A stretch of 64,000 bases of DNA from an uncultured Planctomycetota bacterium (GTDB taxonomy: Bacteria; Planctomycetota; Planctomycetia; Pirellulales; Lacipirellulaceae): the NCBI GenBank assembly GCA_963719315.1, contig CAVRBU010000002.1, positions 1,824,001 through 1,888,000 on the forward strand, given 5' to 3'. Both the position numbers and the translations under genes were made by a program. This document shows, piece after piece, positions 53,725-64,000 of this stretch; positions within the stretch are counted from its first letter, which is position 1, and every line of letters begins with the position of its first letter. Under the pieces are notes generated by a model that saw nothing but the letters and a program-made list of their open reading frames with translations, ran no database searches and was not told the origin of the DNA.

Positions 53725-54626
53725 ATGATTGCTCGATCAATCTCATTGCTACTTGTACTAGGTTGCGTCGGAGTGCCGATCAGCCGCGCTGCCGATGCGC
53801 CGTCTCCGGGCAAGCTCGGCAAATTGCGGGCGCTCATCATCGATGGCCAGAATAATCACGACTGGAAAACCACGACCCCGCGCTTGAAAAAGCGCTCGAA
53901 CCGAGCGGTCGATTCACGGTCGATGTGGCCACCTCGCCGCCCACCGGCAAAATGACGAGCGACTTCCGGCCCAAGTTCGCCTCGTACGACGTCATCCTCA
54001 GCAACTACAACGGCGAGCCCTGGCCCAAGCAGACAGAACAAGATTTCGAGTCGTACGTCGCCGGCGGAGGCGGCTTCGTTTCCGTCCACGCCGCCGACAA
54101 CTCGTTCGCCGATTGGCCCGCATACAACCGCATGATCGGCCTCGGCGGCTGGCGCGGCCGCACGGAAAAATCGGGCCCCTACGTCTATCTCGACAGCCAG
54201 GGCGCCGAACGGCGCGACCAGTCGCCGGGCGCCGGTGGCCACCACGGCCAGCAGCATCCGTTTCAAATTCGCGCACGCGACGCCGAGCACCCGATCATGC
54301 ACGGTCTGCCACCCGTGTGGATGCACACCAAGGACGAGCTCTACGACAGCCTCCGCGGGCCGGCCGAAAGTCTGCACATTCTCGCCACCGCCTACTCCGA
54401 CCCACAATTCGGAGGCACCGGCCGCCACGAACCGATGCTCATGACGCTCGATTACGGCAACGGCCGCGTGTTTCACACCGTGCTAGGCCACGCCGACTAC
54501 TCGATCAACTGCGTCGGTTTCGTCACCACGCTGCAACGCGGCGCCGAATGGGCCGCCACCGGCAAAGTGACCATCCCCGTGCCCAAGGATTTCCCCACGG
54601 CCAACAAGGAACAGTCCATCAAGTAA
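53725..54626 (+). CDS. Secreted ThuA-like domain protein (frameshift in the A5 run near 53887)
   Basis: Signal peptide, [27 protein letters not shown] and GRVFHT.LGH. Adding one A joins the frames ([17 protein letters not shown]). Confidence 0.85.
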
Positions 54627-54634
54627 CGCAGCCG

Positions 54635-55057
<423 letters not shown>

Positions 55058-55095
55058 TCCGTACGCCGGGCTAGCTGGCCTGGGAGAAGCTAATC

Positions 55096-56209
55096 ATGCG
55101 ACTGACCAACGGCATCTTGTTGGCCTTAACGCTCGCGACGACTTGCCGCGCAAATGGAGCCGATTGTCCTCGGCAAAGACGGCCTCACGTTCGCGTTCGC
55201 CCAATCGGGCCACCGCTTCGTCCCGTCGGGCCACAACTACGCGGCGGGCAACAGGCTGCTGGAGGATTATTGGGACTCCGAATGGGAATCGGTCGCCCAG
55301 GACTTTCGCGAAATGCGCGACATCGGCGCGAATATCGTCCGCATTCACCTGCAGGTGGCCCGCTTCATGGATGCGCCCGATCGACCCAACGCCAAGTCGC
55401 TCGCGCAATTAGCCAAGCTGATTCGTTGGGCCGAGAAGCTCGGCATTTACCTCGACATCACCGGCCTCGGCTGCTACCGCACCGCCGACGTGCCAAAGTG
55501 GTACGATTCGCTTTCGCAACGCGAGCGTTGGCGGGTTCAAGCCAACTTCTGGACCGCCGTCGCCGAGGTCGGCGCCAAGAGCCCGGCGATTTTCTGCTAC
55601 GACTTGATGAACGAGCCGGTCGTGCCGGGCGAACAGCGCAAGCCAGGCGAGTGGTATTCAGGCAAACCGTTCGGCGGTCTCGACTTCGTGCAGTTCATAT
55701 CGCTCGATGCGCCGGATCGCCCGCGCTATGAAATCGCCGCCGAATGGATCAAAACGTTGACCCGCGCAATTCGCGCTCACGACAAACAACACCCAATCAC
55801 CGTCGGTCTGCTACCCTCCACCAAAAAGTGGGGCCACCTCTCCGGATTCGTTCCCGAGAAGGTGGCGCCAGACCTCGATTTTATTTCGGTGCACATCTAC
55901 CCCGAGAGCGGCAAACTGGACGAAGCCCGAACCGTCGTCCAGCAGTTCGCGGTCGGCAAGCCGTTGGTGATCGAAGAAACGTTCAATCTCACGTGCTCTC
56001 CGCCGGAGCTGCGAACATTCTTGCTCGAATCGCGCGATAAGGCTTGCGGCTGGATCGGGCACTACGGCGGCGAAACGATCGCCGACTTGAACGCTTTGGA
56101 AAAATCGGGCCAACTCACGATAGCGCAAGCCATGGGCCGCCAGTGGCTGGAGCTCTTCCAAGCGTTGCGGCCGGAGATGATGGGCGAAACGATCCCAACC
56201 GCAAAGTAA
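55096..56209 (+). CDS. Glycoside hydrolase family 5-like protein (signal peptide out of frame near 55152)
   Basis: GANIVRIHLQ, YDLMNEP, DFISVHIYP and KPLVIEE. The signal peptide MRLTNGILLALTLATTCRA is offset by one base. Confidence 0.8.
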
Positions 56210-56266
56210 ACTCGCCGCTACTGCCGCCGAATCAACTCCGAAACATCCCCGCGCCCAGAATGACGA

Positions 56267-56533
56267 TTGAGGGAACCTTCGATAGATGTCTCGTCGCGGC
56301 AAAGCACGCACGAACTCGGCCACGTCTGCCTCGATGAACAAACCAATTCGATAGTTCTCAACGCGGATGCGGTACGCGTTCGTGCTTCCTCTGATCTTTT
56401 TGATATTGGGTACGTCGGACCAGCTCGTCGCGGCTTCGAGGTCAAAGATCGCTTGACGTATTCTGGCACAGATTTGGTCGCTGCGAATCCGCTTCAGATC
56501 GCGGCCAAAGCTCGCACGAAACGTCGTTCTCAA
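56267..56533 (-). CDS. RelE/ParE family toxin (expected stop reads CAA)
   Basis: F.RDLKRI, IKKIRG...YRIRVENYRIG and R.DIYRRFP. GTGA overlap with the antitoxin. Confidence 0.85.
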
Positions 56534-56733
56534 CGCTTACTCTCCAAGTGATCGATGACTTCTGAGCGGTTGATGAACTCGGTTTGTCGGCCTTCCTCCA
56601 TCTGCCGCAGCAGCGCAAGGTCTTCAAGCACTTCCACAAGAATGTCCTTCAGCATCTCGCTGTTTTCGAGCATGACCTCTTTGAGTGCATCTTTTACAGC
56701 CTGCTTCAATTCCTGTCGTTCAACGGTGGACAT
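56530..56733 (-). CDS. Putative antitoxin
   Basis: 67-aa acidic protein (EVLEDLALLRQMEEG) translationally coupled to the RelE gene. Confidence 0.75.
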   Translation of the reverse strand: MSTVERQELKQAVKDALKEVMLENSEMLKDILVEVLEDLALLRQMEEGRQTEFINRSEVIDHLESKR

Positions 56734-56868
56734 AAAGCACAATCTCCGTTTCATTTGCTGCGATTAGCGCGCCTCTTGACTCCATTGTCCGTTGCGTCCT
56801 TCCGGCAGTCAATTGAACGATTCGCGTGTCGAAGGACACCTGAGGTGCGCTTTGCGACCGGTGGGCGA

Positions 56869-57740
56869 TCAACGCCGCCGAATGAGTTCCGAAAAATCCT
56901 CGCGCCCGGCGTACCGCTGCGCCAGCGGATTCACGTAGGCTAGTTCCTTCGTTTCCGCAAACGTGCCGTGCCGTTCGATGAGGCCTTCATCATAGGCCAA
57001 CTGATCCGAGTAACCGGGCAGCAGCGATCGATAGTCCGTCACAATCCGATTCGGTCTGATATGGTTCACGTGCCGCACGATGTTCGACGTGCAATTGTTG
57101 GTCAGCGTGTCGTAAAATTCCGGCCTTTGGGCGAGTTGGTTCACGCGATTCAGCACGTCCACCAGCAGCGCTTGCGACGCTTCCGGCGAAGCCGTGGTGT
57201 GATACAGATAAACGTGCTCGTCGTTGTAAACGGTCCGAAATTGAATCACGTCGCGCTCGTCGGCCAACACATAGATCAACTCGTATTGATTCAGGCTGCC
57301 CTTCACGGGGTTATACTTCTCGCTTTTCTCCTTACGAGTTTCGACACTCACCGCCAGGTGCTCGGGCTTGCCGTCGGCGGCCTCCAGTTGAAAACTGAGC
57401 ATTACGTGCGCTGACGCCGTGCGCCGTCGAACGGGACGACAATGTAATCCACGCCCCGGACCCGATTCAAGTCAATCGTTTTGTCGTAGTAGTCCACCAT
57501 GTACACGTCATTTGCGAAATACTTGCAATTGCGAATGTTGTGCACCGTCGCCTGGTTGCCGTGCAGGTCAGCGGTCGGCAGCACGGCTTGCTCCGGCACC
57601 CAGTCGCGAAATTGCGACGGCGCTATGCGTTTTTCAACGTTGTGACACCCGGCCAGCATCACCAAAAGACAAAACAAAACGCGCGCACCGCGAGCGCAGA
57701 CAATTTGACAGCGGTCGTTATGACGACGCAGAAAGAGCAC
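56869..57740 (-). CDS. DUF4105/Lnb-like lipoprotein (frameshift near 57420)
   Basis: Lipobox LAGC, NIRN, (A)H.MLSF, SVE.RKE, ADERD and YDTLTNNCTSN. Exact start uncertain. Confidence 0.8.
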
Positions 57741-57980
57741 GATCCGGCTTTGGCTGACTGCTGCTAGGAGGAGGTAGAAAAGCAGCGAAGTCTAGCGAAC
57801 CGCGACGCGCCAGACAATGAGAGATTGCCAACGTGGCAGCGATGACAGCACGACAGTTGCTCTATGGTTGGCTGGATCGGAGCCCGCAGCGCAATCAAGG
57901 GAATTGACCAAATTCTCCGCTTGCCTGCGCTGCGGGTTCCGAACCGTATTTTGCCTAGGCGCGGCTCTAGCCGACTGCAC

Positions 57981-58835
57981 CTACAAGCGGCAATTCGTGA
58001 TCGTCGTTTCCAGAATCGCCGTGGCGCCGAGCGCGTCGAGCCGCTCCATGATCTCGATCACTTCGCTCCGTTTGACCATCGCCCGCACGGCGAACCAGCC
58101 GGCCTCTTCGAGTTTATTGATCGTCGGCGACTCGAAGCCCGGCGTGACCTTCTCCGCCGCGGCCAATTTGGCTTCCGGTACGTTGTATTCCAACAACGAA
58201 TAACTGCGGGCGATGACGACGCCTTCCAGCCGCCGCACTACGCGGTCCCCGAGTTGCCCATGCTGCGTCGTCGAATTCTGCACGAGCACTGCTTCGTACC
58301 GGCCAAGCTCATCAAGCACCATCAAGCGATTGGCGGCCAGCGTGCTCCCTGTTTCCACCAGGTCGACAATCGCGTCAGCGATGCCGAGCGTGATCATCAC
58401 CTCGACGGATCCAGTTAGCTGCACGATATGGGCCATCAACTTGTGGCGATCGAGATACTTTTGCGTAACGCGCGGAAAGCTCGTCGCAATGCGGCAGTTC
58501 GCCAGGTCGGCCGGCGTGCGAATCTTGCTGTCGTCCGGCACACACATCGCCAGCCGCCAGTTGCCCATCCCGAGCGACAACCGGTTCGTCAACTCCACGC
58601 CCGTCTCATCGATGAGGTCTCCGCCCGTAATGCCCATGTCGATCGCGCCCTCGGCACACAACACGGGTATATCGTCGGTCCGGAGGAACGTGATCTCGAT
58701 TGGCATGTCGCGCACCCGCGCGAACAAACTCCGCTCCTGCCGACGGAACTTCAGCCCTGCCTCGATCAGCAGTTGTGAAGCCATCTCGGCCAGCCGGCCT
58801 TTGCTGGGAATGCCGATGCGAAGATTTTCAGACAT
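57981..58835 (-). CDS. hisG: ATP phosphoribosyltransferase (long form)
   Basis: PSKGRL, R.DDIP, D.GITG.D, IATSFP, GSVE and DLVETGSTL.AN.L, plus the C-terminal regulatory domain. Confidence 0.96.
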   Translation of the reverse strand: MSENLRIGIPSKGRLAEMASQLLIEAGLKFRRQERSLFARVRDMPIEITFLRTDDIPVLCAEGAIDMGITGGDLIDETGVELTNRLSLGMGNWRLAMCVPDDSKIRTPADLANCRIATSFPRVTQKYLDRHKLMAHIVQLTGSVEVMITLGIADAIVDLVETGSTLAANRLMVLDELGRYEAVLVQNSTTQHGQLGDRVVRRLEGVVIARSYSLLEYNVPEAKLAAAEKVTPGFESPTINKLEEAGWFAVRAMVKRSEVIEIMERLDALGATAILETTITNCRL

Positions 58836-58863
58836 GGGGGGAGTAGGGTTCGAGGTTCCGAGC

Positions 58864-59256
58864 TCAACGCTTGGATTTCGGCTTTTTCTTAACCGGCCGC
58901 GAAACTTTTGCTTTGGCAACTTCCTTTTTGCGAGACGCTTTTTCGTCCAATCCAGAGACCCCAAACCGGCGGGCAAGTTCGGCCTCCAGGTCGGCCAGCG
59001 TACATTCGCGGTGCCGCATCAGCACCAACAGGTGGTACACCAGATCGCCAACTTCGCGAATAAAGTGTTCGCGACCGGCGTCTCCGGCTTCTGCGGCGGC
59101 TTCGACCACTTCGCCGGCCTCTTCCGTGATTTTCGCGCCGATCATGGTCACGCCACCGGCCAGCAGCTTGCTAGTGTATGACTTTTCGTTCGGGTTGGCC
59201 GCCCGAGAGGCGATCGTGCGTTCCAGCTTTTCCATTGGGGCGGCGGTGCTATTCAT
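58864..59256 (-). CDS. hisE: Phosphoribosyl-ATP pyrophosphatase
   Basis: SYTSKLL..G...I..KITEEAGE and E.GDLVYHLLVL. Confidence 0.94.
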   Translation of the reverse strand: MNSTAAPMEKLERTIASRAANPNEKSYTSKLLAGGVTMIGAKITEEAGEVVEAAAEAGDAGREHFIREVGDLVYHLLVLMRHRECTLADLEAELARRFGVSGLDEKASRKKEVAKAKVSRPVKKKPKSKR

Positions 59257-59494
59257 CAGGTGTCGTATTCCCTTCGGGTGGATCGGTCACAACAATAGAG
59301 CAAGTTCGGAGTTCATGTATCAGTATTTTCGTCGATTGGGCCGTGATTTCGGTGAAATCATCCGCCACACGTCCGTGCGACTCGCACTGGTCTTGGTCAC
59401 AGTTTAGGTAGCCAACGGCTACGCCGCAAGCGAAGCCTCCCCTATAAAGCTGCGACGGGCACCACGCCAAAAGTGTGGTCGGTCGCGGTCTTCA

Positions 59495-60448
59495 ATGTCC
59501 GACACCTTCCACGATTGCTGGTTTCTCACAGGCGCCACCGCTGTCGGCAAAACGGCCGTCGGCATCGCGCTGGCCCAGCGACTTGACGCTGAAATCATTT
59601 CGCTTGATTCGATGGCCATCTATCGCGGCATGGACATCGGCACTGCGAAACCGGCTCGCGAGGTGCGCGAACTTGTACCGCATCACTTGATCGATATCGT
59701 CGACCCGGCCGACGAATTCAGCGTGGCCCAATACGTCGATGCCGCGGTGGCGGCCGTTGAGCAAATCCGCGCCCGCGGCCGTCAGCCGCTATTCGTCGGT
59801 GGCACGCCGCTGTACCTCAAGAGTTTGCTCCGCGGCCTGTTCAACGGCCCGCCCGCCGATTGGAAGCTCCGGCATGAAATCGAAGAGGAGCTCCAACATG
59901 TCGGCGAGCAAGCCCTCTTCGATCGTCTTTCGCAAGTTGACCCGGTGGCCGCGTCGCACATTCACCCGCACGACACGCGACGCTTGATTCGCGCGCTCGA
60001 AGTCTATCGCGCTACCGGCGAACCCATCAGCCACCAGCAATTGCAGTTCGAAGAGGGCCGACCGGCAGAAGAGTGCCGCGTGTTCGTCCTGCGCCGCCGG
60101 CGTGAAGAACTGCATCAACGCATCGAAGCCCGCGTCAAATCGATGATCGCAGCCGGCCTGGTGGACGAAGTGCGAGGCCTCGTAGCAACCGGCGAGCCGC
60201 TCGCGTTTACGAATTCCGCCCTGAGCCGCACCGCCCGCCAGGCCGTCGGATACCGCGAAGCGCTCACCTTTCTCGCCGGAGAATACGATCACGACGAAAT
60301 GATCGCCCGCATCACCTATCGCACTCGTCGCTTCGCCAAGCGGCAGGGCACTTGGTTCCGCAGCCTCAGCGAATGCCGCTTCGTGGACACCGAAGGCGAA
60401 ACCGATGCCAGCGACCTGGCGGAGCACATAGCAACGCAAGTGGTCTAG
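59495..60448 (+). CDS. miaA: tRNA dimethylallyltransferase
   Basis: GATAVGKT, DSMAIYRGMDIGTAKP, VGGTPLY and TRRFAKRQ.TWF. Confidence 0.96.
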   Translation: MSDTFHDCWFLTGATAVGKTAVGIALAQRLDAEIISLDSMAIYRGMDIGTAKPAREVRELVPHHLIDIVDPADEFSVAQYVDAAVAAVEQIRARGRQPLFVGGTPLYLKSLLRGLFNGPPADWKLRHEIEEELQHVGEQALFDRLSQVDPVAASHIHPHDTRRLIRALEVYRATGEPISHQQLQFEEGRPAEECRVFVLRRRREELHQRIEARVKSMIAAGLVDEVRGLVATGEPLAFTNSALSRTARQAVGYREALTFLAGEYDHDEMIARITYRTRRFAKRQGTWFRSLSECRFVDTEGETDASDLAEHIATQVV

Positions 60449-60509
60449 AAACAGTTTCGCGCAAGCGAGCAGAACGCCTCGCATGCTTCCTGAGAGCACG
60501 GCATCTTCG

Positions 60510-60986
60510 TCAAGCCTCGCGCCGCCAATGCCCGCTCCGCCCGCCCGATTTTTCTTCAAGCTGAATCGGCCCGATCGTCATACCGCGGTCGACGCTCTTG
60601 CACATGTCGTAAACAGTGAGTGCTGTAACCGACACAGCGGTGAGAGCTTCCATTTCGATGCCCGTCTTCGCCTCGACTTGCACCGTAGCAATGATTTGCA
60701 GCGCGTTGTCGCTTGAGAATTCGAAGTCGATTGTTACCGACTCCAGCGGCAGGTTGTGACAAAGCGGAATCAACTCCGCCGTCCGCTTCGCCGCCATGAT
60801 TCCGGCCAACCGAGCGACTTCCAACACGTCGCCTTTCGCTGCCCGTCTGTCGCGCACCAGCGCGAGCGTCGCCGCGCTCATCCGCACGGCGCCGCTGGCC
60901 CGCGCAATTCGTCGCGAGATTTGCTTCGCGCCGACATCCACCATGCGGCTCGCCCCCGCGGCATCGAAATGGCTTAACTCACCCAT
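60510..60986 (-). CDS. moaC: Cyclic pyranopterin monophosphate synthase
   Basis: [35 protein letters not shown] and KSGG.SG. Confidence 0.96.
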   Translation of the reverse strand: MGELSHFDAAGASRMVDVGAKQISRRIARASGAVRMSAATLALVRDRRAAKGDVLEVARLAGIMAAKRTAELIPLCHNLPLESVTIDFEFSSDNALQIIATVQVEAKTGIEMEALTAVSVTALTVYDMCKSVDRGMTIGPIQLEEKSGGRSGHWRREA

Positions 60987-61201
60987 GTTTGGTCCCAGCA
61001 AAGACCGGTGAATCCGATACGCTTTATTCGCCGTTTATTGTAATCCTTGGTGAAACCGCGTGCGAATGCCGCCGCTTCCGCCGCATTCTTGTGCCGTACT
61101 TGGCAAGTTCCCGTGATAGCGGATAATCGGATCGCACTGCCTCTTCGGCCATCGTCCGGCCGCCAAGAGAGGCCGCCCGCCAAACGTGGTAAAATGACAC
61201 T

Positions 61202-63451
61202 ATGAGCACCGTGCAGTCATCATTTCTCCCCGAGCACTTCATCAATCGCGAGCTGAGCTGGCTGGAATTCAATGCGCGTGTGCTGGAGGAGGCCGAAGAC
61301 TCTGGCAACCCGCTGCTGGAGCGAGCCAAGTTTCTCGCCATTTTCGCCTCGAACTTGGACGAGTTCTTCATGGTCCGGGTCGCCGGCCTGCGGGAGCAGG
61401 CGTTTGACGACATGCTGCCGCAGGATCCGCCCGTCGATGGTCTCAAGCCGCTGGCCCAGTTACAACGCATCTCGCGGCGGACCGAGCAGCTCGTCGCCCA
61501 ACAATACGGTTGCTGGAACGAGTCGATCGTCCCCGCGCTGGCCGACGCCAACATCTGCTTGCACGCGGTCAAGGATTTGGACTCCGCCTCCGGCAAGTCG
61601 CTCGACAAATACTTCCGCCAAGTCGTCTTCCCGGTGCTCACACCGATGGCGATTGACCCGGCCCACCCTAGCCCGCGTTTTCACAACCGCGGCTTGTACC
61701 TGGCGGCCATGCTGGAGCGCGTCAGTGGCATCGGTCCGCCGAAACTGTTCGCCGTCGTCCAAGTGCCGCAGGTGTTGTCGCGATTCGTCCCGGTCGTGCC
61801 GGACGATAAGCAGAATTTCGTGATGCTCGAAGACCTGATCGCCAACAGGTTGCCCGACTTGTTCGGCGGCTACAAGATCCTCGATCACGGTACGTTCCGG
61901 CTCACCCGCGACATGGACGTCAATCTCCTGGAACAGGAAGCCGACGACATGCTGCGGTCCATCGAATCGCGGCTCCGCGCCCGCCAGCGCACCGAAGCCG
62001 TGCGGCTTGAAATCTCAGCCGGCATAAATCCGGCCGTGCTCAAAATGCTCGTCACCGAAGAGGAGTTGCATTACGACACCAAAAGCCAGGCAGCGGCGGG
62101 TTCTCCCGAGACCGGTTACAACGAAGTGTACGAAGTCGAGGGGCCTCTCGACATGACGTGTTTGCACGAGCTCGTGCAACTCGTGGAACGCAAGGATTTA
62201 CGCGATCCACCACTCGCGCCGCGCCCGCCGGTCGGCCTGCAACATTACGACGACTTGTTCGCCGAAATCGCCGACCACGATATCTTGCTGCACCACCCCT
62301 ATGAATCGTTTGAGCCGGTTTTGGACTTCATCGAACTGGCCGCCCGCGATCCGCAAGTGCTGGCCATCAAGCAAACGCTCTATCGCACCAGCGGCGGCGA
62401 CAGCCCCGTAATCCGCGCGCTCGCCGAAGCGGCCGAAAACGGCAAGCACGTAACGGCTCTCGTCGAACTCAAAGCCCGGTTCGACGAGGCCAACAACATC
62501 ACTTGGGCACGGCACTTGGAACGGGCCGGCGTGCACGTGGTGTTCGGCTTTATGGGCCTCAAAACGCACTGTAAGTTGGCGATGGTCGTACGGAAGGAAG
62601 GCAAAAAGGTCCGCCGCTACGTCCACCTCAGCACCGGCAATTACAATCCCAACACGGCCCTCGTGTATACCGACCTGGGCCTGTTTACGGCCGATAAAGT
62701 AATGGCGGATGATGTCTCCGCAATGTTTAACTTGCTCACCGGGTACTCGCAGAATCACGAATGGCAAAAACTGGTAATCGCGCCGAGCGACCTCAAGCGC
62801 CGCACGCTCGAATTGATCAACGAGCAGACTCGGCGGGCGGGCGACGGCAAACGGTCGCGGATCGTGGCCAAGCTGAACTCGCTCGTCGATCGGCAAACAA
62901 TCGAAGCCCTCTACAACGCCAGCCAGGCCGGTGTGCCGATCGACCTTTTGATTCGCGGCATCTGCTGCCTGCGACCGGGATTGCCAGGCATTTCGGAAAA
63001 CATACGCGTTCACAGCATCGTGGACCGCTTCCTCGAACACAGCCGAATCTTGGTGTTTGGCGAGGGCCCGAAGCAGCAAGTGTTTCTCAGTAGCGCGGAT
63101 TGGATGCCACGAAATTTCGAGCGCCGCGTCGAGGTGATGTTCCCGGTCGAGGCCGACGAAATTCGCCGGCGAATCGTGGAAGAAATCATCCCCATTTGCC
63201 TCAACGACAACCAGCACGCGCGTGTGCTGCAGTCCAACGGAGACTACACTCGGGCTGAAATCGGGGATGGCCCGCCGCATCGCAGCCAGGCCGAGCTTCT
63301 CGCCCTGGCGGCCACACGCGATTTAGCGGCACAAGAGAAGGCGAATAGCCCGCTCGCCGCCGACCCTTTCGGCCAGCTTCCAATCGCTAATGGCGAAACG
63401 TCGCGCGACGGAGCCAAGCGAAAAAAGAAAAAGAGTTCGTGGGCCAAGTGA
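61202..63451 (+). CDS. ppk1: Polyphosphate kinase 1
   Basis: NRELSWLEFNARVL, NLDEFFMVRVAGL, LLHHPYESF, ELKARFDE, KTHCK and RFLEHSR. Confidence 0.97.
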   Translation: MSTVQSSFLPEHFINRELSWLEFNARVLEEAEDSGNPLLERAKFLAIFASNLDEFFMVRVAGLREQAFDDMLPQDPPVDGLKPLAQLQRISRRTEQLVAQQYGCWNESIVPALADANICLHAVKDLDSASGKSLDKYFRQVVFPVLTPMAIDPAHPSPRFHNRGLYLAAMLERVSGIGPPKLFAVVQVPQVLSRFVPVVPDDKQNFVMLEDLIANRLPDLFGGYKILDHGTFRLTRDMDVNLLEQEADDMLRSIESRLRARQRTEAVRLEISAGINPAVLKMLVTEEELHYDTKSQAAAGSPETGYNEVYEVEGPLDMTCLHELVQLVERKDLRDPPLAPRPPVGLQHYDDLFAEIADHDILLHHPYESFEPVLDFIELAARDPQVLAIKQTLYRTSGGDSPVIRALAEAAENGKHVTALVELKARFDEANNITWARHLERAGVHVVFGFMGLKTHCKLAMVVRKEGKKVRRYVHLSTGNYNPNTALVYTDLGLFTADKVMADDVSAMFNLLTGYSQNHEWQKLVIAPSDLKRRTLELINEQTRRAGDGKRSRIVAKLNSLVDRQTIEALYNASQAGVPIDLLIRGICCLRPGLPGISENIRVHSIVDRFLEHSRILVFGEGPKQQVFLSSADWMPRNFERRVEVMFPVEADEIRRRIVEEIIPICLNDNQHARVLQSNGDYTRAEIGDGPPHRSQAELLALAATRDLAAQEKANSPLAADPFGQLPIANGETSRDGAKRKKKKSSWAK

Positions 63452-63461
63452 CCGAAGAGCT

Positions 63462-64000
63462 TTATGCCGCCCGCCGCGCGATACTCCGCGCCGAAAACGG
63501 CATCGCAGCTTGGACGGGCCGCAGCGTAATCCCCTCGTCCTCTTCCACCGCCGAGCGAATATGTGCCACGTATTGCACGATCGAGTGATCCGCAAACGGA
63601 TCGAACCGGTGCTCGCGCAGCCCAATGATTAAGCCACGCCACCGATCTTTGAACCGCTGCCAAGGCGTCAGCCGCCGAATCTTGCCATACGTGTTCAGGT
63701 ACACCTCTTGCCCCTTGTGCCGAAAGCCCAACCACGCCGGCGGCACGCGAGTCACGATGTCGTTGTTGTTCACCCAGCGATACGTTTCGAGTTGCACATA
63801 GTTCACATACCGGTGGCTGCCCACGCGCGGGCTGCCGTACGTGAACAAAGCCCGCGGGTTCGACTTGATGTACGAGAGCCTGCACCGACCCGCGCAAATC
63901 GCGGCCATCGCCGCGCCCAGCGAGTGCCCCGTGAACCACAGTGTGCGGTCGTTGTTGACGAGCGCCTGTTCCAGCCGCGGCCAGAGGTCGTCCACCTGAC
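63462..64000 (-). CDS. Lipase class 3 family protein, C-terminal part (runs off window end)
   Basis: FTGHSLGAAMA, TYGSPRVG, VNNNDIVTRVPP and DHSI..Y. Confidence 0.9.
   Translation of the reverse strand, partial: QVDDLWPRLEQALVNNDRTLWFTGHSLGAAMAAICAGRCRLSYIKSNPRALFTYGSPRVGSHRYVNYVQLETYRWVNNNDIVTRVPPAWLGFRHKGQEVYLNTYGKIRRLTPWQRFKDRWRGLIIGLREHRFDPFADHSIVQYVAHIRSAVEEDEGITLRPVQAAMPFSARSIARRAA

Overview
Chromosomal window of a GC-rich bacterium. Gene content suggests a planctomycete, probably Pirellulales (inference from a CsrA-receiver fusion, a PEP-CTERM protein, a HAL2-type phosphatase, a Cys-rich repeat protein and a divergent EF-Ts). Most of it is housekeeping: acs, trpF, ahcY, parB with three parS sites, pcm, rpsB-tsf-pyrH-frr, rex, ppdK, lpxA, hisE-hisG, miaA, moaC, ppk1, tRNA-Pro(TGG) and tRNA-Gln(TTG). 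Small accessory units are scattered through it: one IS5-family element, three toxin-antitoxin pairs plus an orphan antitoxin relic, a GIY-YIG gene and a GxxExxY gene. The most unusual observations are: (1) a secreted protein of about 17% Cys with two exactly 120-aa repeat arms placed symmetrically about a central turn, suggesting a giant disulfide-laddered beta-hairpin; (2) a GIY-YIG nuclease gene between tRNA-Pro and a full-length tRNA-like copy whose anticodon arm is replaced by a perfect palindrome; (3) a GxxExxY gene bounded by 18-bp perfect inverted repeats inside the pyrH-frr operon, alongside many 'empty' inverted short-repeat arrays at gene junctions; (4) palindromic elements translated in frame inside conserved enzymes; (5) an anti-SD stem on the CsrA-receiver leader. 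About ten small frameshifts, some in normally conserved genes, suggest assembly indel errors, so pseudogene calls are tentative. No CRISPR array or rRNA was seen. All calls are by eye from motifs; no database searches were run.
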